Shown here: positions 1-9,791 of the stretch, piece after piece | How positions within the stretch are numbered: the first letter of the stretch is position 1 | How the letters are laid out: the number at the start of each line of letters is the position of its first letter | Source: a virus | Taxonomy: Duplodnaviria > Caudoviricetes | Direction: 5' to 3' (one strand) | Virus record (IMG/VR): IMGVR_UViG_3300027996_003878 | DNA length: 64,000 nt | The notes under the pieces: model-generated | What the model was told of the DNA's origin: nothing | Database searches by the model: none | The model's input: the letters and a program-made list of their open reading frames with translations, nothing else | Translations under genes and position numbers: made by a program

Positions 1-19
1 ATATTTTACTCATAATAGA

Positions 20-859
20 TTAACCCGGATAGTTAGCCACAAAATCAAAATTATCAGTTGAAGCTGTATCAACCTCTTCTCGCCCTTTACCTCGGTCCCA
101 CCGCATGGCATAACCCATATCACTGAGCAGCTGCATGATGGAGGCCTGCTCCCGACCTGTTAGCTCATATTTATCGCACATATGATCAAACGTATCTTCA
201 ATGTCTTTACCAGAGCTAACCATTGAGTTTATACACGTCCGCGCCACATATGACTCAAACATGGGCACACAAACAACAAATGAAGCGGCCTTTGCCTTTT
301 TAACCATACCATCAGCAGCTTCAGATTTTTTTCTCTTTTTACGGTGAGGGTATTTGTTATCGCGAATCTTGGTCAAATGCTCTTCAAGCCTTTTTATTCC
401 ATCTTGGATTTCATCACGCGCTAGCTCAACCGCATCAATGACAATATTATTATCTAAATCCATTCTTACTGCTTTGGATATTTCCGAATCAAGTTTTTCA
501 AGATAAGCAATTGCCCTCTCACAGCCAGAGGTCTCTTTACCCGTATGACTGGGTATTGAGCTTAATTTATCCCTTAACCAATCTAAAAAGTTGATTACCG
601 TCCATTTCCAAGGGTCATCCTCAACCTCAACTTCCTCATCTTCAACGATGAGGCTGCCTGGTTCGTACTCTCCATCACTTCCAGGAATAGAGCCTAACAT
701 TTCAGATAAATTACCTCGCACGTCCTCTTCCTCTACCTCCAAATCACCGTTATCATGAACATAAAATGACTCATTAGAATCGGGAGAATCCACGTACATC
801 AAATCCTGAGCTATTAAACTTTTGAATTTATTATTTTTTGAAGATTTACTAATAGACAT
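20..859 (-). CDS. Hypothetical protein, putative virion/head-associated
   Basis: 279-aa ORF with acidic N-terminus and helical core; first of a block of co-oriented ORFans; KKAKAA motif. Confidence 0.6.
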   Translation of the reverse strand: MSISKSSKNNKFKSLIAQDLMYVDSPDSNESFYVHDNGDLEVEEEDVRGNLSEMLGSIPGSDGEYEPGSLIVEDEEVEVEDDPWKWTVINFLDWLRDKLSSIPSHTGKETSGCERAIAYLEKLDSEISKAVRMDLDNNIVIDAVELARDEIQDGIKRLEEHLTKIRDNKYPHRKKRKKSEAADGMVKKAKAASFVVCVPMFESYVARTCINSMVSSGKDIEDTFDHMCDKYELTGREQASIMQLLSDMGYAMRWDRGKGREEVDTASTDNFDFVANYPG

Positions 860-941
860 AAAATAACCCTGACAATAAGAACTATATTCGATTATATTAC
901 TTTTTATGCAATGATTTTTACTTGCAATAACGCGATACTAT

Positions 942-1469
942 CTAATCGGAGCCGTCTTTTTTTATTTTATTTACATCTTCCTCTGATATTTTCGTTAACT
1001 CATCACGATCATCTGATCCTTCTAAACCAAACAATCCATAATATCTATGCCTGCTCTTACCGCTATCCGAATAATAACCCAACGGATAACTAAAAAGACC
1101 ATCAACCCCTATGCCAGAGAAAAACCTCGGATAATAAGCCGAACCCCTTAATGAGCCCTTTTCATGCACTCCGGCGGCAACAGAGCCCCAATTGCACTCA
1201 ACAATATCTTTATTTGACTCTATCAAATTGCCAGCAAATTTACATATTTCATTTGGACTGTTATAGATAAGCAAATGAACATTTGCCGAGGCAATCATAT
1301 CTTTCTCCCAATCAGACACATCTTTTCCTAAGATAGCAAGAGGCGCCATTTTATCGACAAGTCTTCCCGCCGTTTTACATGCATGAGAAATGGGCAAACC
1401 AAAAGGACAGGGATTATCATTGTCATCCCTAAGCACGGCCAGCCTAACTATAGTTTTATCTTTGGGCAT
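942..1469 (-). CDS. Hypothetical protein (Cys-containing)
   Basis: 175-aa ATG ORF, co-oriented; CPFGLP...C motif. Confidence 0.65.
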   Translation of the reverse strand: MPKDKTIVRLAVLRDDNDNPCPFGLPISHACKTAGRLVDKMAPLAILGKDVSDWEKDMIASANVHLLIYNSPNEICKFAGNLIESNKDIVECNWGSVAAGVHEKGSLRGSAYYPRFFSGIGVDGLFSYPLGYYSDSGKSRHRYYGLFGLEGSDDRDELTKISEEDVNKIKKDGSD

Positions 1470-1531
1470 TTTAACTCGTCAAATTTGCGGCATTTTATCT
1501 ACATCATCACTAACGATATAATAGATAAAAC

Positions 1532-1762
1532 TTAAAGCTTTTTTTCGCTTCTTCCGCTTTTTTCTGTTTTTTTTCGCTTTTTTCTTTTTTCGCTAAGAAA
1601 GTCAGCTACACTTTTATATTTATCCATTGGCCCTGAATACAAGCCTGGTCCGGGAGTGGCTCCTGTAGGATCTTCGTGTTGAGTGTAGTCATAGTTTCTA
1701 AAAAAAACTTCAGGCCTAACGTCTAAATCAACACGCTCATTTCCCTTTTTTGCCCGCTTCAT
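1532..1762 (-). CDS. Small basic hypothetical protein
   Basis: 76 aa; ATG overlaps the stop of the upstream gene (ATGA coupling). Confidence 0.6.
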   Translation of the reverse strand: MKRAKKGNERVDLDVRPEVFFRNYDYTQHEDPTGATPGPGLYSGPMDKYKSVADFLSEKRKKRKKTEKSGRSEKKL

Positions 1763-2520
1763 TGTTTCCTTGCCAAGTTCTGAGCCATACCCTTATAAAG
1801 ACTTGGAAGGGCCGGTATATAGTCCCAAAGATTCATTTCATTAATCAAATGAATGACTTTTTCTTTGTCATATTTTATTGATTTGTTGAGAACCTTTACA
1901 AGGTATCTAACCTTAACTCCATCAGCTATTCGTTCTGGATTAGCTCTAACCCAATCAATAATCCTATCATCAACATCAAAATCTAATTTTGCTGCAATAT
2001 AAATAACTCTAACAATTCTTTTATGCTGACTTCCTAATGTGATTTCTGGAGTAAGATTTGTTCTCACAATACGATCTTCTATATCTCTTAATCCTCGTCC
2101 AAGCGGATCTAGTATATTTTTAAGATCCATAGTCATCAAAAGAGAATTAACAGTAAAATCTCTACTATACAGCTCACGAAGCATGTCTGTAGGATTTTTT
2201 ATATTTAACTGCATTAAATAATAATTTATACCAGGCACTTTAAAGTTACTGGAAAAGTCTAACTTCAAATTGGCTAACTTCATCTGCGAATGACCATCAG
2301 GCATTACCTTGTAACTGCTCACAAAAGGCCAATAACGTTCATTTATTAATTCTGACAGTCGAATGACATCTTTATCACCCGTTGTAATATCAACATCGGT
2401 GAAATCATTAAATCTTTTCAACACTCTATCACGCGGAAGGCCTCCACAAACGTAAGGAGCTGATAAGCCGTTTTCAGAGGCTATATCTTCAATAGATTTC
2501 AACAACGAGCTAATTTTCAT
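1759..2520 (-). CDS. Class II nucleotidyltransferase (CCA-adding/poly(A) polymerase head domain), short form
   Basis: GGLPRD..DVDITT (DxD intact), RDFTVNSL, DPLGRG motifs; the EDxxR templating motif reads SQHKR. Confidence 0.85.
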   Translation of the reverse strand: MKISSLLKSIEDIASENGLSAPYVCGGLPRDRVLKRFNDFTDVDITTGDKDVIRLSELINERYWPFVSSYKVMPDGHSQMKLANLKLDFSSNFKVPGINYYLMQLNIKNPTDMLRELYSRDFTVNSLLMTMDLKNILDPLGRGLRDIEDRIVRTNLTPEITLGSQHKRIVRVIYIAAKLDFDVDDRIIDWVRANPERIADGVKVRYLVKVLNKSIKYDKEKVIHLINEMNLWDYIPALPSLYKGMAQNLARKQ

Positions 2521-2525
2521 ACAAA

Positions 2526-4343
2526 TTACCTCGTTGATTTTAATTGCTGTGGCACCGGAGCTACAGTTACCGGCTCCTCTATTTCCTGAAGATCTGCCTC
2601 AGGGCTTTTTGGCAATGAATCTTGCGACTTTTCTTGATTATCTTGCCTTTTCTTTTGCTCAGCTCTTTCCAAGTTAGCCTGGACCGCCGCAGGATCGACT
2701 TTATCTGCCTCAGAGTCCTCTACGTCAATCTCCAAATCAATAACATCTTCCTGAGGCACCTCTATCGACCCTCTAAGCCTGGACAAAATGCCTTCAATAC
2801 GACTCAAGCCATATTGATTTGACTCTAAAGAAGATCTAGTCGCCTCTGACAAAGCTGGAAAAAATGACGCAATGCCAAGCTTATCCATCATCAAATCAAC
2901 AAGTGACAATTGCCTTGATATCTCTCTATTTTTATACAAATTAGACAAAGCCTCTAATTTGGCAATAACATCCTCGATGGTTACATTCTCTAAATCAAAA
3001 TCTTTATCGCCCCCATTAGACTGCTCACTAACTTCAACAACTTCGTCAGCAGCAACATCCGCAGGTTCTTCTAAATCATCCTCGGAAACCTCAACAGCCT
3101 CAACGGGAGCAGGAGTAGGGGTAGGAGTAGGAGCAGGAGTAGGAGCAGGAGTAGGAGCAGGAGTAGGGGTTGGTAGAACGGCCTCCTGACCCTCTACAAC
3201 AATTATATCAGAACCATCAAAATTACGCTCTTCCTCATTTTCTTGTTTAGACGCAAACTTAACAAAGTTATCCAAAACATTATCATCTGAGCTTCTAAAG
3301 AAATCAGACTCTGCAAGAAATTTAAAAAATATACTCTCTTTAACAAGACCATCTCTTTTAAAACAATTGGCCTGTTTAATAATTAAATCATCAAACAAAC
3401 TAGCATTTTTATTCTTACCGCAAGTAGTGAAATAAGTACTTAAACTATTAATACCATCAAGAAGTTTCTTTGTGCAATCTTCTCCAAGATAATTTGTCGC
3501 CGGGCCTTCTTGAAGTAATTTTCTAATAGAATTAAATCTACTTATAACTTTCTTTCTAAGCTCTGCTGTTTTTTGAGCCTCTGTTTGCGCTTGAGTTTCA
3601 ACTTTAACATCAAGCTCTGCCTCCAGCCTTTCTTCAGGTTTGAAAGAATTCAAATTAGAATTATCAACTCTTTGCGGACGTTGGGGGCCTAAATGCTGAA
3701 GTGGAATGCCGGCAGTGCCATCCCCAACCATTAAATAATCATAATTATTTGCAGTTTTATATTTCAATTGAGCACCTTCGTCATAAAAAGACATCCAATA
3801 CTTAAAATCTTTGATTTCCATATCATCCCAATGAGCTGTTACTTTTTTAAATGAATCATTAAAAGAATGCCCTTGCTGTAATAGCATTCTCAGTCCTTGC
3901 ATAGAAGAGACCCATTTTTGTAAATTATAAGGACTTGCGATATAGCCCCCAAAGCCCCCTTGAGGATATGCTGTTTTTTTAATAGGTATGTTTAATTCGT
4001 TCAAACTATTAGCCACAGCTTTATGAAATTTAGAAATAGTATTAATTGGATACTTATCTCTATTTTTGTAAACTAAACTTGATATCTTTGCTCTCCGCGC
4101 TGGAGAAAACTCTACCCCTGACAAGTCTCGTGCAATTACAGGGGCATGAAGCAATGAATACATAAATATTTTATGATCATTTGGACACGTAACTCCAATA
4201 GAAGTCATTGCTTTTGATTGTCTTATCATCACATCTTTCAACTTCTCAGGCAAATCATCAATTCGATTCCGAATAAGCTCTTTAAAATAAGAGTTCACAT
4301 CGTCCAAATTAAAAGATTTTTTGTTAGTAGCTTTCATTTTCAT
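2526..4343 (-). CDS. Large hypothetical protein with Pro/Thr linker and acidic C-terminus, putative virion protein
   Basis: 605-aa ORF with PTPTPAPTPAP linker. Confidence 0.75.
   Translation of the reverse strand: MKMKATNKKSFNLDDVNSYFKELIRNRIDDLPEKLKDVMIRQSKAMTSIGVTCPNDHKIFMYSLLHAPVIARDLSGVEFSPARRAKISSLVYKNRDKYPINTISKFHKAVANSLNELNIPIKKTAYPQGGFGGYIASPYNLQKWVSSMQGLRMLLQQGHSFNDSFKKVTAHWDDMEIKDFKYWMSFYDEGAQLKYKTANNYDYLMVGDGTAGIPLQHLGPQRPQRVDNSNLNSFKPEERLEAELDVKVETQAQTEAQKTAELRKKVISRFNSIRKLLQEGPATNYLGEDCTKKLLDGINSLSTYFTTCGKNKNASLFDDLIIKQANCFKRDGLVKESIFFKFLAESDFFRSSDDNVLDNFVKFASKQENEEERNFDGSDIIVVEGQEAVLPTPTPAPTPAPTPAPTPTPTPAPVEAVEVSEDDLEEPADVAADEVVEVSEQSNGGDKDFDLENVTIEDVIAKLEALSNLYKNREISRQLSLVDLMMDKLGIASFFPALSEATRSSLESNQYGLSRIEGILSRLRGSIEVPQEDVIDLEIDVEDSEADKVDPAAVQANLERAEQKKRQDNQEKSQDSLPKSPEADLQEIEEPVTVAPVPQQLKSTR
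3106..3174. repeat. GC-rich coding tandem repeat (GGAGCAGGAGTA-type 12-mers, 6-bp periodicity)
   Basis: Directly visible; encodes PTPTPAPTPAPTPAPTPTPTPAP. Confidence 0.95.
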
Positions 4344-4425
4344 TTAAAATTAAAAAATAATGCTTTTTAAATAATTATAAACATCTACACTATTAAGTAT
4401 ATCAATATATGACTAGGGGCAACTA

Positions 4426-5157
4426 TCAGTCAATGTTGGTAATTTTTTCATTCAGCTTCGTTGCCTCTGCCAATCTTCTATCAACTGTAAGTTTTTCTTC
4501 CTGCGGTGGTTTTAACTTGGCTAATCGCTCTGTTAAAAGCTCAACAAACAAAAAAGAAACTTCTGGATCAAAGTGAGTTAATGTTTCTCTTATAACATCT
4601 TGAAAGATAGCCGTGTGCTCTTCAACCGCCTGTATTGTGACGTTATGTTGTATGATTTGATCTGGAGATTGATTTATAATTTTGTCATATTTATCAACTG
4701 CATTGAACAACTGATCAAACCATCTTATTAGAACCGTATCGCCCTTAAAATCTTCAGGATCTTCTTGGATCTTATCAAATACCTGCTCCGCACGATCTCT
4801 AATGAGCGTAATAGTTGACACTAACATTTCGCGAATATCAAGCTCTTTATCAGCGATCTGATTAAGCCTCTCTCTATAAGTTTTATTATTTAAAAGAGAC
4901 TTTGATACTTTTTTATTTAACGTTGCGCCATTTTTAGTATCACTTAAATCAACAGCAAAGCGATTATAAGTATCAAGATATTTGCTATTTACAAAATCTT
5001 TTAATATTTTAATAGATAAAATTAAATGTTTTTGCTCTTTGTCTGGATATTTTAATTTTAACCACTTATTAATTTCTTTAGGAGACGCGCCAGAGACTAA
5101 CTTTGATATTATCTCCTCACCATTAGGGTGGTCTGTTATTGATGAAAAATCAGACAT
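4426..5157 (-). CDS. Hypothetical helical protein (N-terminal HTH-like)
   Basis: 243-aa ORF, co-oriented. Confidence 0.7.
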   Translation of the reverse strand: MSDFSSITDHPNGEEIISKLVSGASPKEINKWLKLKYPDKEQKHLILSIKILKDFVNSKYLDTYNRFAVDLSDTKNGATLNKKVSKSLLNNKTYRERLNQIADKELDIREMLVSTITLIRDRAEQVFDKIQEDPEDFKGDTVLIRWFDQLFNAVDKYDKIINQSPDQIIQHNVTIQAVEEHTAIFQDVIRETLTHFDPEVSFLFVELLTERLAKLKPPQEEKLTVDRRLAEATKLNEKITNID

Positions 5158-5213
5158 ACATCAAAACAATTTCAAATTTTAAATTCTTTCTTACTTGCTT
5201 ATGAAAAGTATAA

Positions 5214-6005
5214 TTACTTCTCAAGCTTAGAATCTAACGAGGCATTTGATGAAAGTCTTTGATTACGATCTGTAAAAGACATTCCCTCTAGCCTACGATC
5301 ATACAATGCACGGGTTTGCTCAGCAACGTCACTACCAGGAACCTTGTTACCCTTAAGTGTAGTAAATCCACTGCTATAGTTATAGATCTTATGATCCATA
5401 CTACACTGAAAAACAGTATCCGCAATACGCGCCATCTGAGCGCCAGGATGATCTGGACATGTTCTCGTAGAAAGAGCAGTCTCAAGAGGTCGATAAGTTT
5501 TAAACCTATTTTCTATCAATTCGGCTGTATTCTTGACATCTAGAGCTTTGTCAGACTCTTCTCTAGCTCTTGTATAAGCTTCATCTCGCTGTTCGCTGCG
5601 AAGTTTAGCTCGAAGCCTGTCTATCTCTTTATCCTGAGCTTCTTTAAACTTTAAGCGTTCTTCCGCTGCATTCAGCTTCATTAGAAGCTGATCGATGACA
5701 GACGCCTGTCTAACTAAAACAGGATCATCACTTTTATCAAACTTATTCGCTACAGCTACAATCGCCTCTAAATCCTCATCATACAAATCATCTATTGACT
5801 TTTCAGCCATGACCTCTATACCATCAGCAGCCTTATTTAATATAGAATCAACAGTCACCAAAACTGAGGCTACATGATTAAGCAGATCTTCATTGCCTGT
5901 TTCTTCTGCTGCTATTATAATTGGATTCTCAGACAAATCAGTACTGATTTTTTCTGAAAAAATTCTAAGCAGATCAGCTACTTTAACAACTTTTTCATGA
6001 CTCAT
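5214..6005 (-). CDS. Hypothetical protein with C-terminal CxxH...CxxxH zinc-finger-like motif
   Basis: 263 aa; TRTCPDHPG...FQCSMDH. Confidence 0.7.
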   Translation of the reverse strand: MSHEKVVKVADLLRIFSEKISTDLSENPIIIAAEETGNEDLLNHVASVLVTVDSILNKAADGIEVMAEKSIDDLYDEDLEAIVAVANKFDKSDDPVLVRQASVIDQLLMKLNAAEERLKFKEAQDKEIDRLRAKLRSEQRDEAYTRAREESDKALDVKNTAELIENRFKTYRPLETALSTRTCPDHPGAQMARIADTVFQCSMDHKIYNYSSGFTTLKGNKVPGSDVAEQTRALYDRRLEGMSFTDRNQRLSSNASLDSKLEK

Positions 6006-6007
6006 AA

Positions 6008-7639
6008 TTACCCCATGTAAATTCTGGAATGTAAGAAAGACCCGCCTTCAGCAGTTTCGCTCATTTTCTTTCTATAAAGCGGGTGGCAATCGCCGTTTTT
6101 GTCTTGATAAACCTTATGAACTGGAAGATTTGTGTGACTGCAAATAAGGTGCTTGCTGTGCTTATGCTTGAAGGTTGCAGCACATTTCGTTACAGGAACA
6201 TCGTTTGATGACTTACCACCAAGACCATCTCTATACGCTTTAAACGCTGTATCAAAGGCAGCCTTGTCGCCAGAGTGCCTTAGAACATTAAGCGCATCTT
6301 CTGCCTTTAAATAATCATTATCTAACATCGCCACACGAACCTGATCGATTAAATCACTCGGCTTTAGCTTGTAAAGCGGAGAGGCTTTTGCCAACTCTCT
6401 CGTATCATTCACGCCCTGAGCCAACAAAGTTGAAATACCCTCTTCAGAGAAATCTAATATATTTCCATTTGCCAAAACAACAGTGGGCTCAACAACCTCA
6501 CCGTTCTTGACTTTAACAGGAACCTTAAAACCAGTAGAACTATCAATTGAAACTGAGTAAAAAATGGTATCTGAATTGTTATCAGAAACTGAAACCTGAC
6601 AATTTCTGTGGCCAAACTTACCCATCAAAAATCTTATTATGTTACGCCCTCTATCAACAGCTTTTTTACCTAACAAAAACTCTGCTGCACCAGCGTGTGA
6701 AGAAAGCCTTGCAGCAATTTCCTTCACCTCTTCAGGTTGCTCAATTTCAATATCTTTAACCGAAGCAGTCAATTTATCAACTTCTTGATAAAGAATACCA
6801 TTAACTGTATGATTTGAAGGAGTTTCCTTGGCCGCCTCTGCCATCATGACAATTCGCTCAACTTCACTCATGGGCTCTGGAGTTCCGTTTTTAGCCTCAG
6901 CAATAACTCCGAGAAGCTTTTGAACATCAACCTTATAAGATTTACCCGCTGTAGACAGCAGATGTTCTTTAAGATCATCTTTGCTAATTGAAACAAAGCC
7001 CGCCTTGCTTAAGAACATAGTGGGAATCAAAGCCCTATCATCCACGACCTCAACTGGAATTAATGCATAACTCTGACCTCGCGGCGTGTCATAAGTTGCC
7101 TGACAAATCAATACATCGCTCTGGCCGGCTACAACATCAATCTTTTTTGGATGAATTCCAGTCTTGTTAAGCTCATGCAAGCAAGTTTTTTGCGCTCGCT
7201 TTGCCACTACTGCTGAATATCGCTTTAGAGGGGTGTCAGTATCGAAGGCAGACTGAAGTGCGTTAGACAAAAGAGGATCTGCCAGCTTTTCAAAACTTTC
7301 ACTAACAAAATCCTTCCCCTCATTGGGATCTCTTTTCATTTTATTCAGAGCAGTTTTCTTCGGAAGAGCTAGCTCCTCAACAAAATGTTCCGCAAACTTA
7401 TTGTTAGATCTATATAATTTATTATATACATCCTTTAGCTCAGCGCGAGTGATAAATAAAGCATCCCCCTCAGCTCTGCGTTTCAAAAAATTTGAAATAC
7501 CCACAACGGTTTGATCCATAGGGAATTGCTGAGCCAACCTGTTAGCCTTTACAGCTAACATATCAACGGAAAACTTCTCATTATCGTAAATTGCCTTAGC
7601 GGCTTTTGTAACAATATCGTTTAATTTATAGAGACTCAT
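6008..7639 (-). CDS. Large hypothetical protein, putative virion/head protein
   Basis: 543 aa; two internally similar beta-rich modules (ALIPVEVVD / FKVPVKVKN); C-terminal Cys/His motif. Confidence 0.75.
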   Translation of the reverse strand: MSLYKLNDIVTKAAKAIYDNEKFSVDMLAVKANRLAQQFPMDQTVVGISNFLKRRAEGDALFITRAELKDVYNKLYRSNNKFAEHFVEELALPKKTALNKMKRDPNEGKDFVSESFEKLADPLLSNALQSAFDTDTPLKRYSAVVAKRAQKTCLHELNKTGIHPKKIDVVAGQSDVLICQATYDTPRGQSYALIPVEVVDDRALIPTMFLSKAGFVSISKDDLKEHLLSTAGKSYKVDVQKLLGVIAEAKNGTPEPMSEVERIVMMAEAAKETPSNHTVNGILYQEVDKLTASVKDIEIEQPEEVKEIAARLSSHAGAAEFLLGKKAVDRGRNIIRFLMGKFGHRNCQVSVSDNNSDTIFYSVSIDSSTGFKVPVKVKNGEVVEPTVVLANGNILDFSEEGISTLLAQGVNDTRELAKASPLYKLKPSDLIDQVRVAMLDNDYLKAEDALNVLRHSGDKAAFDTAFKAYRDGLGGKSSNDVPVTKCAATFKHKHSKHLICSHTNLPVHKVYQDKNGDCHPLYRKKMSETAEGGSFLHSRIYMG

Positions 7640-8163
7640 TATGCGTCTCTCCTTTTTTCAGCTACTTTTGTAAAATATTTCGAATTAAGCTCTTCATGAG
7701 TTGCAAATAAATCTTTCAACTGAGACTCAGGGAGCCCTGCTAATAAACTTACGGTCAAACCTTCACTTGAAGCTAGTTTTTCTGGCAAAAACCCACACAC
7801 TGACTTGGCCTCTTCATTAGGAAGGCCAAGTGATGATAAAGAAATACGAGTCACGGGCGTATCATTATAAAAAATATTTATAAATTTACCGGACTTATCT
7901 GAAACAGCATTCCAATTAGAGCTTGATTTAATTTGCTCACCCTGTTCATTGTCATACATAGCAACAATATAGTCACCATCATTTGACTTATGGATCTGCC
8001 AAAGCCCATCAATACTGTCACTCTTATCTACAAACCGAACGACATCAAAGGCCACTTTCTTTATACGGTGGCTAACATCTTCTAATTTATAAGCTTTCTT
8101 ACGATTAAGCTTATCTTGAAGTTCACTATAATCAACAGACAAATATCTCATCACATACTCCAA
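7639..8163 (-). CDS. Hypothetical protein
   Basis: 174 aa; 1-bp stop/start overlap with the next gene. Confidence 0.7.
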   Translation of the reverse strand: MEYVMRYLSVDYSELQDKLNRKKAYKLEDVSHRIKKVAFDVVRFVDKSDSIDGLWQIHKSNDGDYIVAMYDNEQGEQIKSSSNWNAVSDKSGKFINIFYNDTPVTRISLSSLGLPNEEAKSVCGFLPEKLASSEGLTVSLLAGLPESQLKDLFATHEELNSKYFTKVAEKRRDA

Positions 8164-8261
8164 AATATCTAAGGAATGCTCTTTCCTTTATATATTACAT
8201 AATTACCCGATTTTATGCCTATAAAAATAGCGAAACAAAAAGCCGAAATATTCATATAATT

Positions 8262-8462
8262 TCAAGAAAATGAACAACCATCCATTTTTCTCAATAGAGA
8301 TATTACAGGGTCTATTTTATTTTCAACAATAAAATCAAGAGGCGAGCAATAATATAAATCTGGGCTAGGACACATAAGCCAACTTAACATTTCTGTAGGG
8401 CTTTTAAATATTTTATTTAAAAAAGATAAGCAAATAGAAAATTTTTCAATATCTAACTTCAT
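8262..8462 (-). CDS. Stand-alone Xre/MbcA/ParS-type antitoxin C-terminal domain (DUF2384-like)
   Basis: IFKSPTEMLSWLMCPSPDL..CSPLDFI....DPVISLL fits the F...A..WL..P...L....Pldll.....V..LL pattern. Confidence 0.6.
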   Translation of the reverse strand: MKLDIEKFSICLSFLNKIFKSPTEMLSWLMCPSPDLYYCSPLDFIVENKIDPVISLLRKMDGCSFS

Positions 8463-8518
8463 TTATTTTATAGCTAAAACCCTCTGAATAAATAATGGAG
8501 CATAATAATTATTTTTAT

Positions 8519-8968
8519 TTAATAAGACATTTCTTCATGTAGCTCTGCTATTCTTTTTAAGATCTCATTAACTTCAGGATCTTGAGCCGCTATCCTTTTA
8601 AGCTTCTTTTTTGCGCCGCCATAAATCCTTTTGCCGTGCTTGTAATCGCAATTACCATTTATAGCTTTTGTGATTGAGCTTTGGTTTACATTTAATTTTT
8701 TTGCAATCTCAGTTTGAGTATACCCATCAGCGTACAGCCTAATAACCTGCCTTTGTCTATCAGTTAAATGAGTATCAATAATTCTCCAAAATGCTGCCTT
8801 CAGCTTATCTTGCAAATCATACAACTCTTCGTTGTAATGTGAATAATTTAAGAAGCCAGTCATGCCTTGAGCTTCAGAGAATTCTTTAAGCATATCTGGA
8901 GAGCACGGTGACTCTACTAAAACATATTGATAGCTATCGCTTCTATTTTTCTTTAAATCTCTTCCCAT
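8519..8968 (-). CDS. Sigma-70 region 4 / LuxR-like HTH protein
   Basis: LTDRQRQVIRLYADGYTQTEIAKKLNVNQSSITK. Confidence 0.85.
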   Translation of the reverse strand: MGRDLKKNRSDSYQYVLVESPCSPDMLKEFSEAQGMTGFLNYSHYNEELYDLQDKLKAAFWRIIDTHLTDRQRQVIRLYADGYTQTEIAKKLNVNQSSITKAINGNCDYKHGKRIYGGAKKKLKRIAAQDPEVNEILKRIAELHEEMSY

Positions 8969-8999
8969 AACAATATTTAATTAATATCTAACCAATGAA

Positions 9000-9791
9000 C
9001 TATATATCGAATATATTATAGGTTTTACTATTCTTAAGATACTGATCGACATCTTTATGTTCAGAAGGCAGCTTAATCTTCTCAATATTAATTTCTTTTG
9101 AGTAATTTCTTATTATACTTTGTTCTCCTTTTAATCCAGAATCATCATTATCTAACAATAGATAAATTTTATTGGTATACTTTTTTAGTAAAAAAAGCTG
9201 ATAAAAAGAAAGAGATGAACCACCTAACGCTACCACATTATTAAAACCATTCGCATGACAATTTATACAATCGATCTGACCTTCAACTAAAATAGCACTT
9301 TGATTCTTCAAAATAGCTTTTTTTGCCTGATAAAGGCCAAAAAGGTGCAGCGACTTATTATAATAAGTATTTTTATATTTAGGTATTCCCCTTGACTTTC
9401 TCTCTTCATCCGAAAGGATCGAACGACCAATAAGACCAACTATATTTCCATACTCATCCTTAAAAGGAAAAACCAAATTATGGTAACTTAGATGACCTAT
9501 ATCCAAAAGTTGAACACATCCTTTTTCCGGTCTATATTTTCTATATATTAAAGATAACTCTAATAATATATCTTTATCTACAAATTTAACTATGCTATCC
9601 AGACGCTCATTTGAAGGAAAATAACCAACCCCAAACTTATTAATGCTAAATGAAGACAGCCTCTTCTCTATGTAGTTAGAGAACTCTTTAGCTTCTGGGA
9701 GATTTCTAAGAAGAAACTTACAGGCTCCTACTATTTCAGCAAAGTTCTGCGACTTCAATCTTGCATTATCAGATAATAACTTTAAGTTCAT
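9000..9791 (-). CDS. dnaG: DNA primase catalytic core (Toprim-N + Toprim), no zinc-binding domain
   Basis: FGVGYFP, LVFPFKDEYGNIVGLIGR, PKYKNT, LVEGQIDCI, LLDNDDSG. Confidence 0.9.
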   Translation of the reverse strand: MNLKLLSDNARLKSQNFAEIVGACKFLLRNLPEAKEFSNYIEKRLSSFSINKFGVGYFPSNERLDSIVKFVDKDILLELSLIYRKYRPEKGCVQLLDIGHLSYHNLVFPFKDEYGNIVGLIGRSILSDEERKSRGIPKYKNTYYNKSLHLFGLYQAKKAILKNQSAILVEGQIDCINCHANGFNNVVALGGSSLSFYQLFLLKKYTNKIYLLLDNDDSGLKGEQSIIRNYSKEINIEKIKLPSEHKDVDQYLKNSKTYNIFDI

